From: an uncultured candidate division Zixibacteria bacterium
Lineage (GTDB): Bacteria; Zixibacteria; MSB-5A5; UBA10806; 4484-95
Assembly (NCBI GenBank): GCA_963668625.2
Contig: CAXXKA010000008.1
Location: forward strand, 928,001 to 992,000
DNA length: 64,000 nt
Direction: 5' to 3'
Shown here: one piece after another, positions 40,166 to 49,448 of the stretch
Layout of the letters: every line of letters starts with the position of its first letter
How positions within the stretch are numbered: position 1 is the first letter of the stretch
Translations under genes and position numbers: made by a program
Notes under the pieces: generated by a model
The model's database searches: none
Told to the model about the DNA's origin: nothing
The model's input: the letters and a program-made list of their open reading frames with translations, nothing else

Positions 40166-41011
40166 ATGCTAAGCTTGAAATACATTAAATCACGTTACTT
40201 TATTCTTTCGGTTATGATTGTGGTGTTCATGATTCTTACAGGCTGCGAGGATGTCATCGATTTGAATGTCAATAACGCTGAACCACACCTGGTGATCGAG
40301 TCGTATGTTCTGGATGATCCGCCTCTGGCGATGGCGATCATAAGCCGTTCGTCCAACTATTTCGGCAATATAGAAATCCCGATGGTTTCAGGAGCTACCG
40401 TTGTCATTAGCGATGATGCCGGCAACGCCGATACGCTATTCGAATTTCAGGAGGGCGTATATGTCAATCAGTATATTCGCCCCGAAGTTGGCCATACTTA
40501 TACCTCAACGGTAACAGTAGATGAGGTGACTTACACCGCCTCGGCCACATTGCCGGAGCCTTTGAGGATAGATTCGGTTTCCTACGAATACCAGGAAGGC
40601 GGCGGTTTCGGCAGCGAGGAGGATGAGGGTTATATCCTTCATGTACATTTTACTGATAGGGAAGATGTCGAGGAATTCGCCAGGTTCAAGATAACGCAAA
40701 ACGATTCGGTTTGGGAGGAGTACTATCTCTATTCTGATTTTTACAGTGATGGCAACGATATCGATTTTAATTATTTTTACGATGTTTTCCAGCTTGGCGA
40801 TACTGTCGAGGTCGAGGTGTATAGTATGGATGAGACGGTTTACGAGTATTTCGAGATTTTATCAGATGTAGCCATCTATGAGGAAGGCGTGGAGGTCGAG
40901 GGTGAACCCGGCAACCCGCTGACTAACTGGGATAACGGGGCCCTGGGGTATTTCGGAGCTTTCGCGCTGGAAGATCGGATATACATAGTTGAGGACCCGG
41001 ATTCTCTGTAG
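40166..41011 (+). CDS. DUF4249-like lipoprotein (TBDR partner)
   Basis: Lipobox LTGC-EDVI, HLVIES, and C-terminal NP.TN..GALGYF; follows the TBDR. Confidence 0.85.
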   Translation: MLSLKYIKSRYFILSVMIVVFMILTGCEDVIDLNVNNAEPHLVIESYVLDDPPLAMAIISRSSNYFGNIEIPMVSGATVVISDDAGNADTLFEFQEGVYVNQYIRPEVGHTYTSTVTVDEVTYTASATLPEPLRIDSVSYEYQEGGGFGSEEDEGYILHVHFTDREDVEEFARFKITQNDSVWEEYYLYSDFYSDGNDIDFNYFYDVFQLGDTVEVEVYSMDETVYEYFEILSDVAIYEEGVEVEGEPGNPLTNWDNGALGYFGAFALEDRIYIVEDPDSL

Positions 41012-41097
41012 ATAAAGTATTGAATAATACTATTCATATAAGGTAGTTATTTAGTATAATTATATTAAGTGTATAATTAATTTGGAGGATTCGATAC

Positions 41098-41502
41098 ATG
41101 CAATGTCCGGAATGCGATATCCCCCTGTTGACTGTCGAGCTTGATGAGGTTGAGATAGACTACTGCCCGGAGTGCGAAGGTGTCTGGCTCGATTCCGGTG
41201 AATTGGAGTTACTGACCGAATCCACCTCAGGCAGCAGTGATTTACTCGATAAAATAACCGATGCGGTTGATACCAATGAAGATGACTTGAAATGCCCTAT
41301 CTGCTCTCGAAAAATGCTTAAAGTAGGTTTCGGGGAAAGTTCGGATTTGGTTCTGGATAGCTGCTCCGAGGGGGATGGGTACTGGTTGAATAAAGGCGAA
41401 CTGGAGAGTGTATTAAAGATGCGTCAAGGCGATGACAGAGTCGTCACGCTTTTGAAAGATATTTTCGATTATAAGAGGATAGATAAAAACGAAAGCAGGT
41501 AA
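41098..41502 (+). CDS. Double zinc-ribbon (zf-TFIIB-like) protein
   Basis: The pattern CPxC...D.C..C/G.G.WL..GEL occurs twice. Confidence 0.85.
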   Translation: MQCPECDIPLLTVELDEVEIDYCPECEGVWLDSGELELLTESTSGSSDLLDKITDAVDTNEDDLKCPICSRKMLKVGFGESSDLVLDSCSEGDGYWLNKGELESVLKMRQGDDRVVTLLKDIFDYKRIDKNESR

Positions 41503-41505
41503 AAT

Positions 41506-42060
41506 ATGGCAGGTTTTATAATCCTGGCTGTTGTCGCGATAGCAATAATTTATGTTGTCTCATTGTTTAACTCACTGGTGAAACTCAGAAACCAGGTCAA
41601 GAACGCCTGGTCGCAAATTGATGTTCAGTTAAAACGGCGTCATGATCTCATACCGAATCTCGTGGAGACGGCTAAGGGCTACATGAAACACGAACGCGAG
41701 ACATTCGAGGCGATAACCAACGCCCGCAGTAAAGCGATGTCCGCCGGTAGTGTAGCTGAAAAAGCCGGCGCGGAAAACGCTTTAAGCGGCGCGATGGGGC
41801 AATTCTACGTAGTGGTGGAAAATTATCCCGAACTGAAAGCAGATACGAACTTCCTGTCATTGCAGGAGGAGCTTACCTCGACCGAGAACAGAATAGCTTT
41901 CGCCCGTCAGGCGTATAACGATCAGGTGCTGTTTCTGAACAATAAAATCCAGATGTTCCCCTCGAATATCATCGCCGGTATGGGTAATTTCCCGCAGGAG
42001 GAATATTTCGAGATCGAGGATGTCTCTCAGCGCGAAACACCGAAAGTGGATTTCAGTTAA
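41506..42060 (+). CDS. lemA: LemA family protein
   Basis: NAWSQIDVQLKRRHDLIPNLV, ENYPELKA and TENRIAFARQAYN motifs. Confidence 0.95.
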   Translation: MAGFIILAVVAIAIIYVVSLFNSLVKLRNQVKNAWSQIDVQLKRRHDLIPNLVETAKGYMKHERETFEAITNARSKAMSAGSVAEKAGAENALSGAMGQFYVVVENYPELKADTNFLSLQEELTSTENRIAFARQAYNDQVLFLNNKIQMFPSNIIAGMGNFPQEEYFEIEDVSQRETPKVDFS

Positions 42061-42069
42061 GGCAGTATC

Positions 42070-43530
42070 ATGGAAAAATTCGGCATGTGGGAGCTGATTG
42101 CGAGTAATAAGCGCAAGTCGGCTATTTTATTTGTCATCATGGGAGTTATTCTCATGGCGCTTTGTGTCCTGTTCGGTAAATACTATTTCCCCGAAACAGG
42201 CCTGGTAGCTTTCATTATGTTCGGGATAATGTTCTGGGCCGTTTACGCGGCGATAGCGTATTTCTCCGGCAGCTCGATCCTTCTGGCTTTAAGCCATGCC
42301 AAAGAGGTTACACCAGAGATACATCCCCGGCTTTTCAACGTGGTTTCCGAAATGAAACTGGCGGCGAGTTTACCCTCGATGCCGAAAATCTATATCATCG
42401 ATGAACCCTCCGCCAATGCTTTTGCCACCGGCCGTGATTTGAATAACTGCGCGATTGCAGTGACAGCCGGGCTGTTGGAGAAACTCGACCGGGATGAACT
42501 TCAGGGAGTTATAGCCCACGAGATGTCGCATATACTGAATCGTGATATTCTGTACATGACATTCGCCGGCGTGACTGTCGGTAGTATCAGCCTGTTATCG
42601 TACTGGTTTCTGCGAACGTTGCGTTTTTCGGGCGGCGGTTCGCGGCGATATCGTTCGAAATCATCCAGCGGAGGCGGGCAGCTTCAGCTAATATTGCTGA
42701 TAGTCTCGATTCTGGGGGCGATACTCGGACCGATTATGGCGCAAATACTGTACTACAGTATCTCCCGCAAACGAGAGTTTCTTGCCGATGCCACTGCGGT
42801 ACGTCTTACCCGGTATCCCGAGGGGTTGGCCAGGGCATTGGAAAAACTGGTCGAGGATGGCGCCACCATCCCAAAAGTAAACGCGGTTACCGCCCCGATG
42901 TATATCGTCAACCCCATTAGTTCCGATAGCGCACAGTTTTCCAGTGTGGGCCGGACTCATCCCCCCATAGATGAGAGGGTGAAAATACTGCGCAGTATGA
43001 TTTCAGGCGCGGGTTATAACGACTATCAACAGGCCTTCTTTAAAGTCATGGGTAACGGCAAATCACTTATTCCGAAATCGAGCTTGAAAGAAAGCAAGAG
43101 TGTCGGCCTCAGGCAGGCATCCAAATCACGGGATAAATCGACATCCGGCAAACGCGAACTGGGTGATCTTCTAAAAGCGGTTAACGATTATTTATTCTTA
43201 ACCTGCGTTTGCGGTTTGAAAATAAAAGTGCCGCCCGATGCTAAAGAGAAAGCGATCGAATGTCCTCGATGTAAACGCTCGGTACATATACCGGTGGCGC
43301 AGATCGCCTCGGTAGCCGGCGCTTTAAGCGGCACCGATAAACTGGCAGGCATGGCGAAAACGAGGCCGGATGAAATAACTGCTCCCGATACTCTCGAATT
43401 CGAGAGAAAAGGATCAGGCTGGCAGACATTTACCTGCGCCTGCGGTAAGCTGCATAATATCTCGCCCCGATTTTCGGCGCCGAAATTTACTTGTAAAGGA
43501 TGCGGCAGGACTATCAAAGTAGCGGCTTGA
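42070..43530 (+). CDS. M48 (HtpX-like) membrane zinc metalloprotease with C-terminal zinc ribbons
   Basis: NAFATG, AHEMSH, REFLADA and THPP motifs; C-terminal CxC..CxxC twice. Confidence 0.9.
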   Translation: MEKFGMWELIASNKRKSAILFVIMGVILMALCVLFGKYYFPETGLVAFIMFGIMFWAVYAAIAYFSGSSILLALSHAKEVTPEIHPRLFNVVSEMKLAASLPSMPKIYIIDEPSANAFATGRDLNNCAIAVTAGLLEKLDRDELQGVIAHEMSHILNRDILYMTFAGVTVGSISLLSYWFLRTLRFSGGGSRRYRSKSSSGGGQLQLILLIVSILGAILGPIMAQILYYSISRKREFLADATAVRLTRYPEGLARALEKLVEDGATIPKVNAVTAPMYIVNPISSDSAQFSSVGRTHPPIDERVKILRSMISGAGYNDYQQAFFKVMGNGKSLIPKSSLKESKSVGLRQASKSRDKSTSGKRELGDLLKAVNDYLFLTCVCGLKIKVPPDAKEKAIECPRCKRSVHIPVAQIASVAGALSGTDKLAGMAKTRPDEITAPDTLEFERKGSGWQTFTCACGKLHNISPRFSAPKFTCKGCGRTIKVAA

Positions 43531-43574
43531 TCCTCGTTCCTGAGGTTTCAGGGAGATTTAGAGCGGAGGTTAAT

Positions 43575-44564
43575 TTGGAGTACCTTAAAATAGATAGATT
43601 CGACCTGGAGTTTTCTCGCATAGGTCTGGGCACCTGGGCTATCGGCGGATTCCTCTGGGGTGGTACCGATGAGGAGGATTCGATCGCCACGATTCGAAGC
43701 GCGATAGATAATGGTATCAACGTGATCGATACCGCGCCCGTATACGGTTTCGGATTGTCAGAGGAACTGGTTGCCAGAGCTATCAAAGGTTTTATCGATA
43801 GAGAAAAGGTGATCATCTCAACCAAGGTCGGGCTCGAATGGCGGCGCAATCTCGTGCTCAGAAATTGCACGCCGAAACGGATACGGAAAGAAATAGATGA
43901 TTCCCTGCGAAGGTTGAACACGGACTATATCGATATCTATTTCGTGCACTGGCCGGATCCGAAAGTCCCGTATGAACAAACCGCCGATATAATGTATGAT
44001 TTTCTCGAAAGCGGTAAAATAAAAGCTATCGGTGTCAGTAATTATGATGTCTTACAGATGCGAGCTTTCGGCAAATCTGCCCCTATTCATTTTCTGCAGC
44101 CTCCGTATAATCTGTTCGAGCGCGAGATAGAATCGGAAATATTGCCTTACAGCCTCGAAAATGACATACGAATTTTCGGCTACGGTTCTCTTTGCCGGGG
44201 TATGCTTTCGGGCAAGATGGCCGCCGACCGCCTGTTCGAGGGGGATGATATTCGTCAACTCGATCCCAAATTCAAATCACCTCAATATGAAAAATATTTG
44301 AACGCAGTCGATAGTCTGGATTCGTACGCTCACGATAAATACGGTAAAACCGTGATGGAATTAGCAGTCAGGTGGGCGCTTGATAAGGGCGTACATACGG
44401 CATTATGGGGTGCGCGTAAATCCTCGCAACTCGAGAATGTCGATAACGTGTTCGGTTGGCATCTGGATGATAAATCACTGGCCGAGGTTGATAATCTTAT
44501 CATGGAATATGTCCCGGAACCCATAGGGCCGGAATTCATGGGGCCTGGAGTCAGACGGGTATAA
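43575..44564 (+). CDS. Aldo/keto reductase
   Basis: GLGTWAIGG, DTAPVYG, SLRRLNTDYID.Y.HWPD and IGVSN motifs; probable TTG start at 43575 after GGAGG. Confidence 0.93.
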   Translation: MEYLKIDRFDLEFSRIGLGTWAIGGFLWGGTDEEDSIATIRSAIDNGINVIDTAPVYGFGLSEELVARAIKGFIDREKVIISTKVGLEWRRNLVLRNCTPKRIRKEIDDSLRRLNTDYIDIYFVHWPDPKVPYEQTADIMYDFLESGKIKAIGVSNYDVLQMRAFGKSAPIHFLQPPYNLFEREIESEILPYSLENDIRIFGYGSLCRGMLSGKMAADRLFEGDDIRQLDPKFKSPQYEKYLNAVDSLDSYAHDKYGKTVMELAVRWALDKGVHTALWGARKSSQLENVDNVFGWHLDDKSLAEVDNLIMEYVPEPIGPEFMGPGVRRV

Positions 44565-44745
44565 ATCGATCTGTTAACTTTTGTCATCTTTTTAAAAAAT
44601 TATATAAAACATTCTACGTATTTATTCGTAGTTGAGTAAGGTAACGCGTGGGTTTTAAAATAACGTATTAATTTTCCCGAATTATACGCAATTTAACGCA
44701 AAAATTGTGTTGCTTTAGAGATGTATCAAATAAGGAGCTTAAAAG

Positions 44746-47028
44746 ATGATGGGAGTGAGTAAAATACGAATGATTATAGGCTTGATACCGTTTGTAATAT
44801 TAATAATGGTATCAATCGCACCGGCCGTGCCTAATCAATATGAGCCGGTATTCAATCCCAGCCTGGAAATCCACAAAACGAGTTGCACGATAAAAGTTGA
44901 TGGTAGAATCGAAAGCGGCGAATGGGATAATTGCGGTCGAGCGGAAAATTTCGTCGAACGTCAACCGGGTATAAACATGATGCCGGAAGTGCAGACGGTG
45001 GTATTTATTACCTATGATGATGAAAACCTGTACGTTGCTTTTAACTGTCAAGATAACCCGGCTGATATTCGCGCGACTATGTGCCAGCGAGATCAGTATT
45101 CGGGCGGCATGGATGATGTAGTGACGGTGCTACTGGATACTTACGGAAACGCCACCTGGGCATACGAATTCATGGTCAATCCGTATGGCGTGCAGAAAGA
45201 CTTTCTCTGGTCAAGCATCCACGGTGAGGATTCCGGATTCGATTTGACCTGGGAGTCGGCTGCGACTATTACCGATATGGGCTACCAGGTGGAGATGGCT
45301 ATTCCATTCGCGAGCATGAGATTTCCCAATAAGGATATTCAATCGTGGAAAATCGATTTTTACCGTAGTCACCCCCGCGAAACTTACAAACAATACTCCT
45401 GGGCCGCATATGATCAGGATGAACAGTGCTGGCCCTGTCAGTGGGGAACCGTCACCGGTATACAGGGAGTCGAGCCGGGTAAAGGATTCGAAATAATGCC
45501 GACATTAATCGGCACTCAGGCCGGTAGAATTTCCGATTATGGAGATCCTAATTCGAAATTCATCAATGATGACGCAGAGGCGGAATTGTCAGTCGGCGGT
45601 AAATATTCAATATCCTCGGATGTTACTCTCGAGGGCACATACAATCCCGATTTCAGCCAGATCGAAGCCGATGCCGCGCAGGTAAATGTCAATTCAACGA
45701 TATCACTTTTTTATCCCGAACGGAGGCCGTTTTTCCAGGAGGGAAGAGATATTTTTCAAACCATGTTTAACTCGTTCTATAGCCGAACGATAAACGATCC
45801 GCAATTTGCTCTGAAACTCACCGGTAGGATGGAAAGCTATAATATCGGATATCTCTCCGCCTATGATGATAACACCCCCTATATGATTCCGCTGGAGGAA
45901 CGAGGTATCCTGGTTAATACCGGTAAAAGTTATGTCAACGTACTGAGGGCTACCCGGGCGTTCGGCGGAGATAATCATGTGGGAGTAATCTTCAACGACA
46001 GGCGTTTTGACGGCAGTGGCTATAACTCCATCGTAAGTTTCGATCATGATTTCCGCCTCTCACAGAAATACAGTTTCACGGGCCAGTATATCATGAGCTT
46101 TACCGAAGAGCAGGATGATAGCAGTTTGAATCAGTCATTCAATGGCGATACTTTCGATAACGGCAAATATACTGTCGCTTTCGATGGCGAGAAATATCAT
46201 GGAACCGCCCATGTAACCCAGTTAAGGCGGCGTTCTCGATTCTGGAATTTCAATATCGATTACAATCATTGTTCGCCCTCTTACAGGACCGAGACCGGCT
46301 ATGATCCATGGAACGATTATCACAATTTCTCGATCTGGAACGATTTTAATTTTTATCCTGAAAACGGAATTATTGAAAGGATTTCACCCGAGCTTTATCT
46401 CATGCGAAAATGGAATTATAACGGTGATATCAAGTGGAGTCAGGCAGACGCGTCGGCTCAGGTTGATTTCCGTTGGGCGCAATCATATCTCGGAGCTTCG
46501 GTGTTTACCGGCGCTGAAAAATGGGGCGGTATCGAATTTAATGATCTGAAGGATATCGAATTCTGGTTAGGAAGTGAGTTCTCGAGTTCTTTCGGTTATG
46601 ATATGAATTTCGGTTTCGGAACCAATGTTGCTCGCCGTTTTCTGGAAAAAGGTGATTTCATGTTTTATTCGTTGTCCCTCGATTTGAAACCATGGGATAG
46701 ACTGGTTATAGAACCATCACTGGATTACACGCGGAGTGAAAACCATGATACAGGTGAGGAGCAGTATAAGCAAACAATCACACGTACCCGGTTCCGTTAT
46801 CAAGCTAACAAGGAACTTTCTATTCGTCTGGTGGTGCAGTACAACGATAACGGCGATTATCTCGATATCGACCCGCTGTTGACATACAGGATAAGCCCGT
46901 TTTCGATGTTCTATATCGGTTCGACGCACGATTTCGCCAAGCTAACCGACCCCAACGATAATTCCAGAGTACTGACACAAACAGACCGTCAGTTTTTCAT
47001 GAAACTACAGTATTTGTTCAGGATATAA
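44746..47028 (+). CDS. CBM9-like/DUF5916 outer-membrane protein
   Basis: Signal peptide; I.VDG..W, YDDENLYVAF, NPDFSQIEAD and YPERRPFF motifs; terminal FFMKLQYLFRI. Confidence 0.85.
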   Translation: MMGVSKIRMIIGLIPFVILIMVSIAPAVPNQYEPVFNPSLEIHKTSCTIKVDGRIESGEWDNCGRAENFVERQPGINMMPEVQTVVFITYDDENLYVAFNCQDNPADIRATMCQRDQYSGGMDDVVTVLLDTYGNATWAYEFMVNPYGVQKDFLWSSIHGEDSGFDLTWESAATITDMGYQVEMAIPFASMRFPNKDIQSWKIDFYRSHPRETYKQYSWAAYDQDEQCWPCQWGTVTGIQGVEPGKGFEIMPTLIGTQAGRISDYGDPNSKFINDDAEAELSVGGKYSISSDVTLEGTYNPDFSQIEADAAQVNVNSTISLFYPERRPFFQEGRDIFQTMFNSFYSRTINDPQFALKLTGRMESYNIGYLSAYDDNTPYMIPLEERGILVNTGKSYVNVLRATRAFGGDNHVGVIFNDRRFDGSGYNSIVSFDHDFRLSQKYSFTGQYIMSFTEEQDDSSLNQSFNGDTFDNGKYTVAFDGEKYHGTAHVTQLRRRSRFWNFNIDYNHCSPSYRTETGYDPWNDYHNFSIWNDFNFYPENGIIERISPELYLMRKWNYNGDIKWSQADASAQVDFRWAQSYLGASVFTGAEKWGGIEFNDLKDIEFWLGSEFSSSFGYDMNFGFGTNVARRFLEKGDFMFYSLSLDLKPWDRLVIEPSLDYTRSENHDTGEEQYKQTITRTRFRYQANKELSIRLVVQYNDNGDYLDIDPLLTYRISPFSMFYIGSTHDFAKLTDPNDNSRVLTQTDRQFFMKLQYLFRI

Positions 47029-47186
47029 AAAGCAAATCCCGCTTGCGATGAGATAATCACAGGCGGGATTAAATCTCTAATTCAACTTCATGAATTTCTA
47101 TTCACAGGCAGACCAATCGGTTGGCTACTGGGGCTGCATATCCTCAGTGTGGGGATTATAAATACCTGTGATAATATAAATAGCAT

Positions 47187-47280
47187 CACTACTGTCCGGC
47201 CATTCCATCTCGTTGCGAAGCGCTGCTTCGCAACGTGGCTTGTTTGCCGGCAGAATGCTTATTCTACATGACTCAAGAAA
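47187..47280. mobile_element. Truncated, inverted copy of the MITE end at about 30200-30292
   Basis: CACTACTGTCCGG..CATCTCGTTGCGAAGCGCTGCTTCGCAACGTGGCTTGTTTGCCGGCAGAATGC is the reverse complement of the right end of the MITE. Confidence 0.8.
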
Positions 47281-47549
47281 TATCTAATCAAACCTGCCAT
47301 CCAGAAATCGGGCGCGTTGAGATGAGCGCAGCCGTTACAAACGGTTATCGCTCCTCCGTTTATCAGTTGATACTGCAGCCAGCCGTCACTGCCGAATTGC
47401 TGACCATCTATAGCCTCGTAAGTGGAATCGAATTTTTCCTGGTACAGGGTGACCCAGCTGCTATCGTTGAATGCCGTTGATGTTTAGGATAAAGACAGGA
47501 TGGGGAATATTATATAAAATGCTATTGAAATAGGATTTAGGTTTACCAT
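47281..47549 (-). pseudogene. Remnant of a secreted-protein gene ending at the truncated element
   Basis: ATG 47549, signal-like MVNLNPISIAFYIIFPILSLS, an in-frame TAA, then an open frame FNDSSWVTLYQEKFD... Confidence 0.35.
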
Positions 47550-47794
47550 AGTCACGCCAATATTAAAATAATTTCCTAAATCAGTATAGTAATCGATAAT
47601 AATCCTGTTAAGCGACATATCCTGGGAGATGGTTTAAAAACTCATTTGTATTTTTGTTGACTAATATGGTTTTCCAAAAATATATCAGCAAATAATATTC
47701 GATTCCAATTTAATAAAAAAGTCATTGAACACAAGAGTAAATATCAATATAATAAAATAGTTTTGGTTTAGAAATAATCATAAGGAGATTACAT

Positions 47795-48403
47795 ATGAAC
47801 ATTAGGCCACCTCGAAAGAGAAAACTACATTCGATAGAGACTCGAGATGAAATCGCAATGAAAAAGAATGAGTTATATTTACGGGCATTAAGGCAAAGAG
47901 AAGATGATGTTGTTAAATTCCTCGGTCTTCTGGTTCCAGCTCTTGTGGGGTATATTTGGTTATTAACTAAATCATCTGAGGTTTGTGAACAAACACTATT
48001 CTCAGGTACAGTAGGTGTCATATTCGTTCTTTCTGTTGGTGCTGTTTTTACAGTTGCGCTTGGCTTCAATTATAGATACATAACGTTACAGATGGCTAAA
48101 ATTGACGTATTTTATTCTGTCGATAAATTAGTTTTAAAAAAGTGGCCTAGAAAGCCGGGTGATTTTAAAATGATATTTTGTTCACCACCTGAAATATTAA
48201 AAATATATTGGATATCATATTTAATATTAATACTATTAATCTGTTGTATTTCATGTTTGTTTATTGATAAATGCTCATATTTATGTATCATTTTTGTGAT
48301 TAGTTTTATTGCATTATTGTTTAGTATCTTATTGCCTTTCTATTATGGATGTAAGATACAAAAAATTTGTGAGCTTGAAGGCATTAATTGGAATTATATT
48401 TAA
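47795..48403 (+). CDS. Hypothetical AT-rich membrane protein (4 TM)
   Basis: Two pairs of hydrophobic helices; very low GC; the start may be 47858. Confidence 0.55.
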   Translation: MNIRPPRKRKLHSIETRDEIAMKKNELYLRALRQREDDVVKFLGLLVPALVGYIWLLTKSSEVCEQTLFSGTVGVIFVLSVGAVFTVALGFNYRYITLQMAKIDVFYSVDKLVLKKWPRKPGDFKMIFCSPPEILKIYWISYLILILLICCISCLFIDKCSYLCIIFVISFIALLFSILLPFYYGCKIQKICELEGINWNYI

Positions 48404-48578
48404 CTGCCAATAAAACTTACAATTAATATATACCTTATTTATCTAATACTTAGTAATTAAATTGATATCGGGAACAATTATCATAATCGGTTAATTCTAA
48501 TATGATATAAGAGTATTCGTTAAACAACATTGGTATGCTTGATACAAAAATATCAATCACTCGCAAAAAGATGGACTT

Positions 48579-49323
48579 ATGTCATCTGATAATTTTAATT
48601 TGGAGACCGTCTTAACCGAGTCGCGGAGGTTCGGACTGATCGAGGTGTTCAAACAGTCGGCTCATATTAATTCAGTCGAGGATTATCGTAAACTTTATGC
48701 CACGAGTATCAACGATCCGGAGAAATTCTGGAGCGAGGTAGCCGAGGAACTTCACTGGTTCAAAGGCTGGGACAAGGTTGTCAACGATGATAACGCACCT
48801 TTCTATAAATGGTTCGAGAACGGCAAGACCAATATCAGTTTCAATTGCATAGACCGTCACCTGTTTGACCGGGGAAAAAACAAAGCCGCATTGGTCCGGG
48901 AGGGCGAGCCCGGAGATACCAGGGTGCTGGGATTTGTACCGCGAGGTGAACCGATTCGCAAACGTGCTTAAAAATCTCGGCGTAATGAAAGGGGATAGGG
49001 TAATAATATACTTGCCGATGATACCCGAATTGGCTATCTCGATGCTGGCCTGCGCGCGTATCGGGGCGGTGCACTCGGTGGTATTCGCGGGATTCTCCTC
49101 CGACTCGATCCGCGACCGCATACAGGATTGCCGGGCCGAGTACGTTGTAACCGCTGATGGTTCCTGGCGACGCGGCAACGTGCTGCCGTTGAAAAATATG
49201 GTGGATAAAGCCGTGGAACAGTGCGATTGTGTCAAGGATGTGCTGGTTATCCAGCGAAATCCCGGCTCGAGCTTTCCCTGCCATATACAAGAGGGGCGAG
49301 ACTACTGGAATTTCAATAAATAA
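48579..49323 (+). pseudogene. acs: Truncated, frameshifted acetyl-CoA synthetase (N-terminal third only)
   Basis: [38 protein letters not shown] and [17 protein letters not shown] motifs; frameshift near 48925; stops before the AMP-binding motif. Confidence 0.88.
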
Positions 49324-49448
49324 TTTGGAGCTTGTGTAAAACAACTTTTAACCGTAAATTATCATCTCTCGATTTAGAAATTTCTGAAAGAAAAATGCTC
49401 TTTGATTATATGAGATAATAAGGCACCTTATTACTGGAGGCAAAACTG

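Noticed and set aside
48579-49323. Functional acetyl-CoA synthetase or RiPP-linked adenylation enzyme
   Set aside because: It is frameshifted and truncated before the AMP-binding motif.
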